A stretch of 64,000 nucleotides of DNA from a virus. The DNA lies in IMG/VR virus record IMGVR_UViG_3300025727_000782, positions 1 to 64,000 of that record, one strand, 5' to 3'. The notes under the pieces were generated by a model. The model was not told the origin of the DNA. It was given only the letters and a program-made list of their open reading frames with translations, and ran no database searches. Shown here in pieces: positions 38,601 through 49,271 of this stretch (positions are counted from its first letter, which is position 1; each line of letters starts with the position of its first letter). The translations under genes were made by a program, and so were the position numbers.

Positions 38601-41600
38601 TGTTAATAACGCATTTCAAGTTACAGGTTCAACAGGACAAGTTAGTGGTTCTCAAGTATATTTCGATGGTGGTAAAATTGGTGGATTTGTACTTACATCA
38701 ACTGAATTATATAGTTTAGATAGTGGAACACCAGACTCTACTCCTGATACAGGTATCACAATAGATACAACAGGTGGTGGAAATAGTAAAGGTGTAATAA
38801 GAATTTATGACGGAACTACTGTAAATGCTGCTTTAGGTAATTGGACAAGTGGTAAATATGGTATTTATGCTCAAGAAGGTTTAATTGGTGGTTGGACTGT
38901 TACTTCAACCGAGTTATATAATTTAGGAAGTGGAACACCTGATTTATTCCCAGATACAGGTATGACAATAGATACAACAGGTGGTTCAGATAGTGCAGCA
39001 GTAGTACGAGTTTATGATGGAACTACTGTAAATGCCGCTTTAGGTAATTGGGCTAGTGGAAAATATGGTGTTTATGCAATTGAAGGAGATATTGGTGGTT
39101 GGGAAATAGATTCCAATAAAATATTTAAAGATAATATACAATTACAGTCTAACAATTCTATAATTTCTATTGGTGGTACTACTTTCGGAAGTGCTGGTGT
39201 ACAATTACAATATGATTCACAGGGTAAGTTTTATGCTGGTGATGGTTCTAATAATCGTATACAATTTGATAGTAGTGGTGTTGATATTAAAACTACTAAA
39301 TTTGAATTAGATACCACAACTCTTGATATTAGTTCTACAAATAAAAGAATAACAATTTCCGATACAGACGGATCAACGGAGTATGTGAGAATTGGTGAAA
39401 TCTCTACAGACGCAAGTGATAAATATGGTATAAAAGTTTGGGATGGAACAGGAACAAATGATACTACAGATTTAATTGCAATGTTTGGTGAACAAGGTAA
39501 TAAAATTGCTGGTTGGGAGATTACAGGAACTCAAATTAGAACTATACCAAATGCAGGATTAGGTGGAGTATTTGCAGAAGGTGAAAATGGATTAATATTA
39601 CATGCAGATGGTACAATAGAAAGTGCAGATTTTGCAACTAACTTAAAGGGTTGGAGAATTGATACATTAGGTAATGGTACTGCAGAATTTGAAAACGCAA
39701 GAATTAGAGGAACACTTTCTACAGCTGTATTTGAAAAAGAAAGTGTGAATGTTGTTGGTGGACAATTAATGGTTGCAAACTCAACAACACTACAACCATT
39801 AAGAAGTGGTAGTGAGATAATAGCTGGTAATTCAGGTTCTTCGGCTACCGATGTAACGATGAGTTTTGCAAATGTAAGTGGATTTGTTACAGGAGAAATT
39901 TTAAAGGCTAAATCAGTTGGAGATACTGGATTTTCAGTAGAGTATTTATATGTAACTGGTTCACAAAGATATACTGATCCAAATTCACCATATTCAGCAT
40001 CAATAGCTTCATCAAGTATGGGAGCCATAGACCCAGATGGATTAGCTGGTGAAATATATGTTGGTAGAGGATATGGACAAGTTACCAACATTTCATCTTC
40101 GGTGGGTACATTAGATGGTGCAATGTCCGATACTGGTACATATAGTACAGAAATAAGTATAGTTTTAGATTTGGGTAGTAATGTAGTTAATATACAAGAT
40201 GTGTTAAAAATTGATACTGAACGATTTAAAATTATTTCTGGTTCGGTTACTGGTAATACGGGGGCTAATCAAACAGTTAAAGTATTAAGAGATTTTAATC
40301 AGACTGATCCAGCGGCACATGACAATGGTGAAACTGTATTTAAAATACATGGAGATAATGAATTCTTACAAGGATTGATTTCAACTCCTGTAGCATATAA
40401 TGAAGGACAAGTTTTTGTATCTACTGGTAAATTCGATGCTTCTGCAGATTTATCAAGTGGTTATATATTGATGAATGCTAATCCAAACGATACTTCAACA
40501 CCATATATGGATATTGTTGAGAGAACTGGTAGTGGAGTTTATGATTTACAATTAAGAACAAGACTTGGTGATTTAAGTGGATTGAGTAGTGCTTATTTAT
40601 ATGGAGATGAAGAACCAGGATTTGGACTTTATACTGAAAATGGTTTCTTTAAAGGAACTCTACATGCAATGACAGGAAGTATTCATGGAATACTTAATGT
40701 GGCTACATCACAGGGTGGTATAGAAACTGGACAAAAAATTACTATTGGTAGAGGTGTAGATGGAACACATGATGGTTTTAGAATTAATAATAATAACTAT
40801 TGGTTTACAACTGGAGAATTTCGTGTAGGTGATGGAACAAATTATTTTCATGTAAGTGGTACAGAATCAAATATTGCAAGTAATATATCAATTAAAACAG
40901 ATGACTTTAATATTAATACTTCAACATTTGATGTAAGTACAGATAATGGTGGTAAAGTTGCATTAGGAACTTTAACAGGTGTAAATCCAGCAACAACTAA
41001 GCGTGGGTTGTTTGCAAGTGGCAGTGGAGAAGTTTTAATAAAAGGTGGTACTGATAGTAGTAAAGATTATTTATTATTTAATGAATCTGGTATGACGATA
41101 AGTGTTGATGATATTGATATTACGGCTACCGAGTTTGATTTATCAAGTACTGGTTTAAAAATTGATAATGATCATATTCATTTAGGAACAATAACAACCG
41201 ATACCGATGTAACTGGAGCTGGATTTTATGCAAGTAGTAGTGGGGTGTTTAGGGTTCAAGGTGATGCAAGTAATTATCTAAGAATATCTTCAGGTAATTT
41301 TGAGATTGCAACAAGTGAGTTTAATTTAACAGGTACAAATATGGCTCTCTGTAATGAGAGTATGTCTTTAGGTACAATTACAACTGCTACCGATACAAGT
41401 GGTGCTGGTGTCTATATGGACAACGATGGAGTATTTAGAGTTCAAGGTGATTCAAGTAATTATTTAAGAGTATCTTCAAGTGCAATTGAAATGGCCGCAG
41501 AATCTTTCAATCTTGATGCAACTACAGTTGTAATAGATTCTGCAACCAATAGTGGATATATTTCACTTGGTTCTACACCAAATACAAGTATTGCCGGAAC

Positions 41601-44076
41601 TGGTAAGGGTGTTTATATGGATGGAACTGGAGATTTCTTACTTTATGGAAGTTCTACTAATTTATTTTCATTTGACGCAGCTGGTACTGCTATCACTATG
41701 AAATCAGATACCTTTTCATTAACAGGAACAAACTTAGAATTATCATCTACTGGACCAAGTGGAACAAGTAAAATATCAATTGGAACTTTAACAGATGCTG
41801 ATGATATTTCAGACACATCAGCAGGATTTTATGCAGATAATGATGGAAATGTTTTAATTAAAGGCGATACAGCTAGTAATGATTACATACGATTTAAGAG
41901 TGGTGATATTGATATTAAGGCACAAAATTTTGATTTAAATGCAGGAATTGGTAAACTTGTAATTGGAAGTTCAACACCAAGTATAGCATTAACTACCGCG
42001 GACGCTACATTTAGTGTCGGTTCAATCACATCCGATTCCGATACAACTGGTGCAGGTGTATTTATGGATGGTAATGGCCACTTTAGAGTTATTGGAGATG
42101 CTGATAATCAAATTATAGTTGATGGTGGGGATATGACTATTAAGTCGCAAGATTTAACTCTTTTATCAACACACTTCACTGCTTCATCAGATCATGGTGG
42201 ATATATATCATTGCCCACTACAGCAAGTAATGCTGGTTATCCAGGAGATGATACATGGACTACACAAAATGGTGTATGGTTAAGTGGTAGTGGAGAATTT
42301 AATTTAAAACAAGATGGATCTAGATATATAAGACATATCAAGGGCCAAGGTATTGAAATGGCTTTTCCAAACTTCTCAGTTGATTCGGATGGAAATATGA
42401 CTGCAAATAGTGCATCATTTATGGGAGATATACAAGCTAAATCAGGATTCTTTGGACAAAGTACTGGTTCGGGTTGGATTATAGATGGTGCCACAATAAG
42501 AGATGATGATAGTCAAATTGTTATTGATGGTACATCTACTTCACCAAGTATTACGATTGTATCCCAAAGTTTTTCAGCAGAAATGGTACCAGATTTTACT
42601 CCTGGTTCAGTAATATTAGCAGGTGGTGGTAATTCATATGATAGTGGAGTTCAAGGAATAGATTCAAGTCCAGAGGATACACAGACTGGAACAATTACCA
42701 ATGGAAACAATTTTGCCACGGCCAATACGGTATTTCAAGGATTTACAGCTGTAACTGGTGGTACTTCATCCCCAATGACGGGATCTACAGCTTATGGTGG
42801 TATGAATGGTGGTGATACAGATGGAGAGGCTACTGCAGCTTCATTAACAGGACCTGATAGAGTTTATAAGAGTTCGGTATCATTAGAACATAAAACTACA
42901 GTTTCAAGTGATTGGATAAATGATTCAGGTATTAATAATTGGATGACATTTGGTAGTGTACCATATACATTATATTTACGACTTAGAAAAACTAATTCAC
43001 CACCGAGTACTGTGTATGAAGAAACAATAAGTGGTGCCTTTTTTACCGATTTCTTTAGTGAAATGTTTCAACCAGCATCAGGTCCTTGGCCATCTGGTGG
43101 ACCTTATACTCATGAAATGGTGAGGTCATTTACAAGAACTGTGAATCATACTGTTGAAACAGATGATGATACATACCAATGGGAAATTTCAGCTGCAAAT
43201 ACAACAAATAATAATCTTCGTGGAACTTATACAGATAGTAATATAGGTAATAAACCTGGAAGTGAATCTTTAACACTTACAAGTTGTACAACAACTATTA
43301 CGGCGGCATCACACGCACCAAGTAATAAAAAGGTTGAGATTGCACCTTCTGGATTCCAAGCAGTATTTTTACAAGAACCCACTTTGGAACATGCGGACAA
43401 TAGCTATTTCCGCGTAACACCAGCTGAAGATAAAACGGTTGATATACTGGGTAGTGCTAATATAACGGGCTCGATGAAAGTGAAAGAAATTCATCATGGT
43501 GGCACTGTTGGTTATGTAAATATTGATCCAAATGCTGCTAACGGTATAGCAACCAACAAAGATATTTTAGGAACAAACATTCAAGGTGCAAGGATTGAAA
43601 TTGGTGGTACATCGGATACTTTCACACATCTAACAAGTGGAACAGGTGGAATATTGGTCAGGGTAAGTAACGCAAATGATTTCTTATTTGCAAATGGTGG
43701 GGATTTTCATGCCGGCAGAGATATAATTGGATATTCAGCAGATAGTAATGTATCAGATATAAAATTTAAAGAAAATATTTTACCAATCCATGATGCTCTA
43801 TTTAAAGTTAAACAATTAAGAGGTGTGGAGTTTGATTGGAAAAAATCATTTAATGCTAGTGGTCATGATATAGGATTTGTTGCTCAAGAAGTAGAAAAAA
43901 TTGATGGTTTGGGTGTATTGGTTAAAGACAAGAAGAATTTCAAAACTGAAGAAGATATGAAAACACTTTCATATACAAAGGTTGTACCATTATTAGTAGA
44001 AGCTATAAAAGAACAACAGATTCAGATAGAAGAATTGCAATCTAAATTGGAGAAGTTAGATGGCAGTATCGGGTAG
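35692..44076 (+). CDS. Giant tail fibre (2794 aa) with C-terminal peptidase S74 intramolecular chaperone
   Basis: IGGW-type beta repeats, G/S/T-rich; VSDIKFKENI...LRGVEFDW...IGFVAQEVE...YTKVVPLLVEAIKEQQ. Confidence 0.88.
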   Translation: MAILKRTNKYQGLKDIDVLVEESGLSSQYFNIYDVPSNIPQGRSSFLLAGSPFLKNFVELKVEILDSAGQTVYTEPVSNYIEGNARRVSIEVYDDTAPGDAFLYIVGELKDNFRSVSGQQRQNLEVTDKFLDSEILNNLGGNDVPHDFQNIYNVRYIRPIFINTVIPNSEPIYFYQQPRVTVTEILKGYVVETSVSSSYEITGSVSVDPIPDLKPKDPEPDPIDGFSKGMNDGARDEIGNELEIFKNRRSSKIDPLRHSNYSSRGRVMRRESPEIDRFTITVGSMETSPENTTSDAVTSAFVGGEITINNPSVDSTLYPPDEYTIPTQYKSSIKKVNNEKTLVPLDDFVITKKSTGEKVPVQIDEANNNVTMSVTPTPPQIISTTHYRSYADIIVGNLHTFSGDVYKAKIYARSKGTLGDFEPVYDASIEAPQVLIDSYSETGFKNTGYFYTQSIVDDYWDVVNGTATQNNSKFIDGVLISGSNAGFTPEHSTVNTVEFNTSHSYDLQTGVPYTLEFNAYYYKEDKSDKDGVSTKQAELEVFLSGSAMTGGSEENHKLGKVVVNDNTTEGQVLGVHNTFTSAITGTPSTHLKFKATSGRWIIQDILLRPHSETNFNPSYFRTIVPMTHPLPKKPDQYDFLVEFYDLNNNIAETISVKENIDFVGAPQNIDGEDNLLSGSLFIGNAQGSGFEMAGASSAYMRSLTYEGFDKTIASSSGGFMIWSGSVGGRLSSSEDYDGVGLEIVDAHGATDRYLQFKTNPSTFKVQTDEFFLGSTSQFVSGSNSNIEISSSNFHLTPEGDVTMSGTITATAGNIGDWTISGGDIVGSNITMDADSSRIYKTDDNADLTGYYMDFTPGSNYYIRFGTNFAVSSSGTLIAEGAIIEGVLTSSEGLIANWTIDSDSIYKLTSGKYSGLSSTGDTRFFGGASSLTATGSAPFNVKATGDITGSSVLFTGGKVGGFEIVTDGLSSVNNAFQVTGSTGQVSGSQVYFDGGKIGGFVLTSTELYSLDSGTPDSTPDTGITIDTTGGGNSKGVIRIYDGTTVNAALGNWTSGKYGIYAQEGLIGGWTVTSTELYNLGSGTPDLFPDTGMTIDTTGGSDSAAVVRVYDGTTVNAALGNWASGKYGVYAIEGDIGGWEIDSNKIFKDNIQLQSNNSIISIGGTTFGSAGVQLQYDSQGKFYAGDGSNNRIQFDSSGVDIKTTKFELDTTTLDISSTNKRITISDTDGSTEYVRIGEISTDASDKYGIKVWDGTGTNDTTDLIAMFGEQGNKIAGWEITGTQIRTIPNAGLGGVFAEGENGLILHADGTIESADFATNLKGWRIDTLGNGTAEFENARIRGTLSTAVFEKESVNVVGGQLMVANSTTLQPLRSGSEIIAGNSGSSATDVTMSFANVSGFVTGEILKAKSVGDTGFSVEYLYVTGSQRYTDPNSPYSASIASSSMGAIDPDGLAGEIYVGRGYGQVTNISSSVGTLDGAMSDTGTYSTEISIVLDLGSNVVNIQDVLKIDTERFKIISGSVTGNTGANQTVKVLRDFNQTDPAAHDNGETVFKIHGDNEFLQGLISTPVAYNEGQVFVSTGKFDASADLSSGYILMNANPNDTSTPYMDIVERTGSGVYDLQLRTRLGDLSGLSSAYLYGDEEPGFGLYTENGFFKGTLHAMTGSIHGILNVATSQGGIETGQKITIGRGVDGTHDGFRINNNNYWFTTGEFRVGDGTNYFHVSGTESNIASNISIKTDDFNINTSTFDVSTDNGGKVALGTLTGVNPATTKRGLFASGSGEVLIKGGTDSSKDYLLFNESGMTISVDDIDITATEFDLSSTGLKIDNDHIHLGTITTDTDVTGAGFYASSSGVFRVQGDASNYLRISSGNFEIATSEFNLTGTNMALCNESMSLGTITTATDTSGAGVYMDNDGVFRVQGDSSNYLRVSSSAIEMAAESFNLDATTVVIDSATNSGYISLGSTPNTSIAGTGKGVYMDGTGDFLLYGSSTNLFSFDAAGTAITMKSDTFSLTGTNLELSSTGPSGTSKISIGTLTDADDISDTSAGFYADNDGNVLIKGDTASNDYIRFKSGDIDIKAQNFDLNAGIGKLVIGSSTPSIALTTADATFSVGSITSDSDTTGAGVFMDGNGHFRVIGDADNQIIVDGGDMTIKSQDLTLLSTHFTASSDHGGYISLPTTASNAGYPGDDTWTTQNGVWLSGSGEFNLKQDGSRYIRHIKGQGIEMAFPNFSVDSDGNMTANSASFMGDIQAKSGFFGQSTGSGWIIDGATIRDDDSQIVIDGTSTSPSITIVSQSFSAEMVPDFTPGSVILAGGGNSYDSGVQGIDSSPEDTQTGTITNGNNFATANTVFQGFTAVTGGTSSPMTGSTAYGGMNGGDTDGEATAASLTGPDRVYKSSVSLEHKTTVSSDWINDSGINNWMTFGSVPYTLYLRLRKTNSPPSTVYEETISGAFFTDFFSEMFQPASGPWPSGGPYTHEMVRSFTRTVNHTVETDDDTYQWEISAANTTNNNLRGTYTDSNIGNKPGSESLTLTSCTTTITAASHAPSNKKVEIAPSGFQAVFLQEPTLEHADNSYFRVTPAEDKTVDILGSANITGSMKVKEIHHGGTVGYVNIDPNAANGIATNKDILGTNIQGARIEIGGTSDTFTHLTSGTGGILVRVSNANDFLFANGGDFHAGRDIIGYSADSNVSDIKFKENILPIHDALFKVKQLRGVEFDWKKSFNASGHDIGFVAQEVEKIDGLGVLVKDKKNFKTEEDMKTLSYTKVVPLLVEAIKEQQIQIEELQSKLEKLDGSIG
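38677..39090 (+). repeat. Tandem 207-bp (69-aa) duplication within tail fibre
   Basis: IGGFVLTSTELYSLDSGTPD... and IGGWTVTSTELYNLGSGTPD..., units start 38677 and 38884. Confidence 0.85.
41182..41553 (+). repeat. Tandem 186-bp (62-aa) duplication within tail fibre, with further degenerate copies to about 42150
   Basis: LGTITTDTDVTGAGFY...GVFRVQGDASNYLRISS and LGTITTATDTSGAGVY...GVFRVQGDSSNYLRVSS. Confidence 0.75.
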
Positions 44077-47000
44077 TGGTGAAACAAAGTTAAGAGATAT
44101 TTATAATGAACAGCAAGAGGCTACAGGAGAACCAAGTGCTAATACAAATATCTCTATGGATAGTCTTGCTGATTCTTATGGAGCTAATGCGGCAAGTACC
44201 GTTACATCTCGTGCAACTTTAAGTGGAGATCAAGATAATATATCTCATTTTCGAGGTGCAACTTTTCCAGGTACATTTGAAAATTTTGCAATATATCGAG
44301 GAAGTTATGGTTCAAATCAATTAGATGGAGTTGCAGCAAATGATGATAATTCTGTTGTGATTGAGGGAGAAACAATTGTTCCATATGCATCAACTACACA
44401 AGCTTTAGAAGGTGCTGAGAATGCAACATTTGAAATAATGACTATAGGTGGTGCATCACTTAGTTCAGTTCAATCTGATGATTCAAATGAAAGTGGTACA
44501 AATACATTTCCATATGCGGCAATAGTACTTTCACCAGAGAATGATACATATGATGGTACGAGTATGAAATTTAGAGTTTATGATACGAATAATACATTCA
44601 ATGGTAGTTTCGGTGATCAAGTCTTTAGATTTTATGATAATATAAATACCCATACTACTTCTCAAATTGGGCCATCAGGAAATACAGCTGCTACTAAAGT
44701 AATGTATGTAGATGCTGCAGATGAAAGTGTTGGTGATATTGTTACAGTTCATACAACTACAGTTGGTACTATTAGATCATCATCGTATTCAAATGTTATT
44801 AATGAGAACGGAGATGGTGGTAATATTTATCATTCAGAAGATTTAGAGGGTGCTTTCACAATTGGAAATACACCAGGAAAAATGACATTTTCATATACTC
44901 ATTGGAATTATCCATATAGTACAACTTCTGGTGGTTCTCGTAATACAAGTACAAATACAGCAGTTCTTGATATACGATATAATAATGCAATTGATTCATT
45001 AGCAATAGATGACACAACAATAAATGTTTCATCGGTAGATGGTGCAGATAATGCTACTTTTACTTGTTATTCAGAAGGGTATGTGGGAACACTTACGATT
45101 GGATATGATACTAATAATACCACAAGTGATACATCATATACTAATACAACTGAAGCAGTTAGTACATTATATGTGAGAGAATCCATAAGTAAAAATTTCA
45201 CTATAAGTTCTGCAGGTACATATTATCCAAAAGCACATCATGGTGGAAATGCTGTAGTGGGTTCTTCATTTATAGTAGCTCCAGCACTTGCGTATACAAC
45301 AACTAACAATCAAACAATAAATGTAAGTACAACTCAAGCTTTTGCAGCTTCAGTTTCAGCTGGTACTAATGCATCAGTTGCAATTACATCATCACCCAAT
45401 ATTGGTAGTGGAACGACTACTGCCACAATGACACCACTTTTAAAAACTGGTGATTTTACAATAAGTTACGCTGGTACTGCAGATTATAGTCAGACTAATA
45501 ACCAAACTGATATTTTATCTGTAGACCCAACTGTTAGTGTGGCTCTTACAGATAATCAAACTGGAAATAATTTTCCTATAAATGATGCTCATAGTGATAC
45601 CATTACATCTGGTACACATGGTGTAAGTCCAACTGTATTCACACATACACCCACTGCGGTGGGAACTTTACAAAATGGAAATGCATTAGCTTATGCTTGG
45701 TCAGCAGCAAGTTCGAATTTTACTTATACGAGTGGCACCGTTTCAACTGCTGGAGCAGTTTCTTTTAAGAAGAATTGGCCAGGTACACTTTCACACTCAT
45801 TAACCGTTACGGGAGATGATGATAGAACTGCAACAGATTCAAGTTCCGTAGTTTGTATAGGTGTAACAAAAACAGTTGCAGGGTCGACAAGTGATGTATT
45901 GAGAATAGGAACTACTTTTACGGTAACGAGTATTAGTACAGCATATACACAAACGGTAGCACTTTATCGTCAAAATTCGTTGGCCGGTTGGGATAAAATA
46001 GCTAATGGAGTATCTGTTGCTAGTACTATAAATTTTTCTTTGACTGGATTTCAAATTCCTGATGCAACTGCACGGGCCGTTAGGTTAGTGGATGATGATA
46101 ATACTGGTGTTTATGCTGCTTTGGGTAATTTTGCTATCTTGAATCCATTACCCACTATCACGAGTTTTACTGCAACAGCATCAACCACAATAGGTCAAAT
46201 AGATTTAGCATGGTCAATATCTGGTGCATCAGGAGGATCGGTAAGTATTAATCAAGATGTTGGTTCTCAATCAACTGGGAATTCTGGTACTGATTCTGAT
46301 ACTGGATTAGGTAATAATACACCAGTAACTTATACATTAACAGTAAATAATGCAAATAGTGAAGCGGTAACGGCTCAAGCTAGCGCAACAACTCTTACTC
46401 CAACTATATCTCTTGCTGCTCCTGATGTTACTTCATGGACTTGGGGAGATTCAGGAAATGTTACTTTAGTTGCACAGAAAAATTATTACGATACTGTAAC
46501 TGGACATATGGGTTATGATTTAACAACCGCTAGTGGAACAAGTGGAACGGAATTACAAACAATAACTGCAGGTAATGGTTCGGTTGGTACTAATTTTAAT
46601 ATGGTTTTTGATATAAATGATTGGACTTATGCGAGTAGTTTAGGTAGTACAATAACTGATTTTAGAGCAGGAAATTCATCTGCCGCATGGGTTGTACAAA
46701 ACAATGCCTCAACCGTTAGTGATTTTGCTACACCAAATGATGCTACTTCATTTTCAGCAACAGGAACTTCTGCAACAGGAATTCAAATTAGCTGGACAAA
46801 TCCAACTGGTAATTTTACTGGAGTAACACTTCACGGTGGTCCACAGGGTGATATTGTAGAACTTTTAGCTACTGTTACAAATGGTCAAACACCAAGTTTT
46901 TCCCATATAGGTTTAACTCAAGGAACTACTTATGCATATTATCTAAAAACATATTATGATAGAACTGCTAATGGTGTAACAAGAACAAAATATAATCAAT

Positions 47001-48055
47001 CTGCTACTTTCACAGGTACAACAATAGGGTGGGATTCAATTAGTGTTGCAGGACAGACAATGTCATTAACTGCAGGAACTGGGTGGAACGATACTGGTGG
47101 TGGACTAACTTCAGGACAAGAAGATGCACATCTACAAGCGACGGGCACCACTAAGACATTATATTATTTAGATAGTACAACTTTAGGTACAGATACAGTT
47201 AGTTTGAGAAGAGCGCAAGATGAGGGTACATGGAATGGTACTCAAGATTGGTACGGACATTCAGAAACAAATGATGTACTTTATATAGAAAATGATGGAA
47301 CTGTAACTGCAGCAAATTATATTTTATCGGCAAATGTAAAACCAGATGGTCCCGCAAATGCTACGGCAACTGCAAATAGTACTTCACAAATAACATTAAC
47401 TTGGTCATGTACTTCAGCAATAGAAACAGGATTTAAAATTTTTAGAAGTACATCAGCTTATCCAGATTCTTCAGGAACACCTATAAACTCACCATCTGCA
47501 AATGCAACTTCATATGTTAATAATACAGGATTATCTGGCAACACACAATATTATTATTCGATATATTCATATCGTGGTTCGACTGTTTCAAGTGTTAGAG
47601 CAACTGCAACCGCAACGACACAAACAGCGACGCCAACCGTTTCAATTGCTGGAACTGTAGGATCAAATTGGAATGCAGGAACAAACACTTATGCGGACGC
47701 TACTTTATCAGACGGCGATACCTTAGAAACAACTACATTTACAGTTACTTCGGCCGATAGGGGTGGTAATATAGTTAGGTTGCAAGTAGCCGGTACAAAT
47801 GATGGAAACTTTAAATGGAGAGATCACACAGCGGATAGTGGATGGAGTGGTGCTGGATGGAGCTATGTTGGTAGTAGTACTTCTGCAGAAAATCTTATGG
47901 CAGATAATAATACAAATTATTTTAGAATATCACGAGAAATGAATTCCGGTGGAGATGATAGTCCAGATATAACATTAAGATGTAGGGTAATAAGCGGTGG
48001 AACTTCGTATTACTCAAACACAATAACTATTAATTTTGACTTGCTAGTAATGTAG
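44060..48055 (+). CDS. Large Ig/FN3-repeat virion protein, candidate receptor-binding adhesin
   Basis: FN3 signatures (ATGIQISWTNP...GLTQGTTYAYYL; SQITLTW...GLSGNTQYYYSI); T/S-rich. Confidence 0.7.
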   Translation: MAVSGSGETKLRDIYNEQQEATGEPSANTNISMDSLADSYGANAASTVTSRATLSGDQDNISHFRGATFPGTFENFAIYRGSYGSNQLDGVAANDDNSVVIEGETIVPYASTTQALEGAENATFEIMTIGGASLSSVQSDDSNESGTNTFPYAAIVLSPENDTYDGTSMKFRVYDTNNTFNGSFGDQVFRFYDNINTHTTSQIGPSGNTAATKVMYVDAADESVGDIVTVHTTTVGTIRSSSYSNVINENGDGGNIYHSEDLEGAFTIGNTPGKMTFSYTHWNYPYSTTSGGSRNTSTNTAVLDIRYNNAIDSLAIDDTTINVSSVDGADNATFTCYSEGYVGTLTIGYDTNNTTSDTSYTNTTEAVSTLYVRESISKNFTISSAGTYYPKAHHGGNAVVGSSFIVAPALAYTTTNNQTINVSTTQAFAASVSAGTNASVAITSSPNIGSGTTTATMTPLLKTGDFTISYAGTADYSQTNNQTDILSVDPTVSVALTDNQTGNNFPINDAHSDTITSGTHGVSPTVFTHTPTAVGTLQNGNALAYAWSAASSNFTYTSGTVSTAGAVSFKKNWPGTLSHSLTVTGDDDRTATDSSSVVCIGVTKTVAGSTSDVLRIGTTFTVTSISTAYTQTVALYRQNSLAGWDKIANGVSVASTINFSLTGFQIPDATARAVRLVDDDNTGVYAALGNFAILNPLPTITSFTATASTTIGQIDLAWSISGASGGSVSINQDVGSQSTGNSGTDSDTGLGNNTPVTYTLTVNNANSEAVTAQASATTLTPTISLAAPDVTSWTWGDSGNVTLVAQKNYYDTVTGHMGYDLTTASGTSGTELQTITAGNGSVGTNFNMVFDINDWTYASSLGSTITDFRAGNSSAAWVVQNNASTVSDFATPNDATSFSATGTSATGIQISWTNPTGNFTGVTLHGGPQGDIVELLATVTNGQTPSFSHIGLTQGTTYAYYLKTYYDRTANGVTRTKYNQSATFTGTTIGWDSISVAGQTMSLTAGTGWNDTGGGLTSGQEDAHLQATGTTKTLYYLDSTTLGTDTVSLRRAQDEGTWNGTQDWYGHSETNDVLYIENDGTVTAANYILSANVKPDGPANATATANSTSQITLTWSCTSAIETGFKIFRSTSAYPDSSGTPINSPSANATSYVNNTGLSGNTQYYYSIYSYRGSTVSSVRATATATTQTATPTVSIAGTVGSNWNAGTNTYADATLSDGDTLETTTFTVTSADRGGNIVRLQVAGTNDGNFKWRDHTADSGWSGAGWSYVGSSTSAENLMADNNTNYFRISREMNSGGDDSPDITLRCRVISGGTSYYSNTITINFDLLVM

Positions 48056-48062
48056 GAGACAT

Positions 48063-49238
48063 ATGAGTAAAGAAATATATGATGTTTATTATTCCACAGG
48101 TGGTGGTGATTTAGTTTATGGTGGTGCCGATTTATGGGTGAATCATTGGATTGAAAATGTTGCACCAAAACTAAAAGTAAAACCAGTGTTGGCAATTCAT
48201 CGAAAGGCCCCAACAAATCCATTATCAATAGAACAAAAACGAGCATTTAAAAGTAGTGTTAAAAAAGGAACTGGTGGTAATGAGGGTAGAAAAATAAATG
48301 TATCGTTGAGAACTAATTTTAAAAAATCTTTAGAGAAAAAAGATAAGGTTTATAAAGAATTAGAAAAAACTAAATCTTGGGAAGAAGTAGTAGAGGATGA
48401 TTTACAAGTAATTTATCAACCCGATGATGTGAAAAAATTTCGTGAAGTATTACGAGGAGCAAGACGAATAAATATTCTTCATGGATATTATACAAATAAT
48501 CCAGATTTTATTGAGATGAAAGATAAAATATTTAGTAATGTGGTTCATGTTTGTATTGAGAATACATTTAAAGCACACACCATAATAGAAACAGAATCAC
48601 AAATGACTTTTGGTATGGATAGAGAATGGGAAAATGAAATTAATAGTTATGCAAAACATCCTATATGGATTGGATTTAGTAAAACACCACTACATGATAA
48701 ATTCAATATGAAAGATATTACTAACTTTTATGAATTTAAACATAATTTAGATGTGAGTGATGACAATACTATTGGATTTGCAGCAAGAGTAGAGGCAAGA
48801 AAGTGTGTACACTATTTAACAGATTTAAAATCAGAAATCTGTACACGAACTGATGATTTATTTTGGTATAGAAAAAATTTAAATATGACATTTCCAAAAT
48901 CAAAAGTATTTAAATACTCAAATGATACCATTGAGTTATTTTATAAGAAAAAGTGGGGAGTTGCTCATGTTGCTCACTTATTAGAACCATTTGGATATGG
49001 GATATTTCAGGCATTAGATTTTGGAAAAATCCCTATTATTGCAAGTGATTGGTTGCCTGAATATAATTATCCATTTCGATGTCATGATAAAAAAGGATTT
49101 GAAAAGTGTTATAAAGAAATATGTGAACTTACAATTGAACAAAGACGAAAATATGTATTTGATTTCCGTGATTATTTAAGAAAATACGATAATAAAAAGA
49201 GATGGGCAAAAAATTTCACGGATTTATACAACTCTTGA
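48063..49238 (+). CDS. GT-B (GT4-like) glycosyltransferase
   Basis: YGGADLWV, IGFAARVEARK, EPFGYGIFQALDFGKIPI. Confidence 0.7.
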   Translation: MSKEIYDVYYSTGGGDLVYGGADLWVNHWIENVAPKLKVKPVLAIHRKAPTNPLSIEQKRAFKSSVKKGTGGNEGRKINVSLRTNFKKSLEKKDKVYKELEKTKSWEEVVEDDLQVIYQPDDVKKFREVLRGARRINILHGYYTNNPDFIEMKDKIFSNVVHVCIENTFKAHTIIETESQMTFGMDREWENEINSYAKHPIWIGFSKTPLHDKFNMKDITNFYEFKHNLDVSDDNTIGFAARVEARKCVHYLTDLKSEICTRTDDLFWYRKNLNMTFPKSKVFKYSNDTIELFYKKKWGVAHVAHLLEPFGYGIFQALDFGKIPIIASDWLPEYNYPFRCHDKKGFEKCYKEICELTIEQRRKYVFDFRDYLRKYDNKKRWAKNFTDLYNS

Positions 49239-49271
49239 TATTTATTATTGAATTAATTTAGGGAAAAAATA

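Noticed and set aside
35692-48055. Diversity-generating retroelement acting on fibre genes
   Set aside because: No reverse transcriptase and no adenine-specific template/variable repeat pair seen; repeats are in-frame tandem duplications
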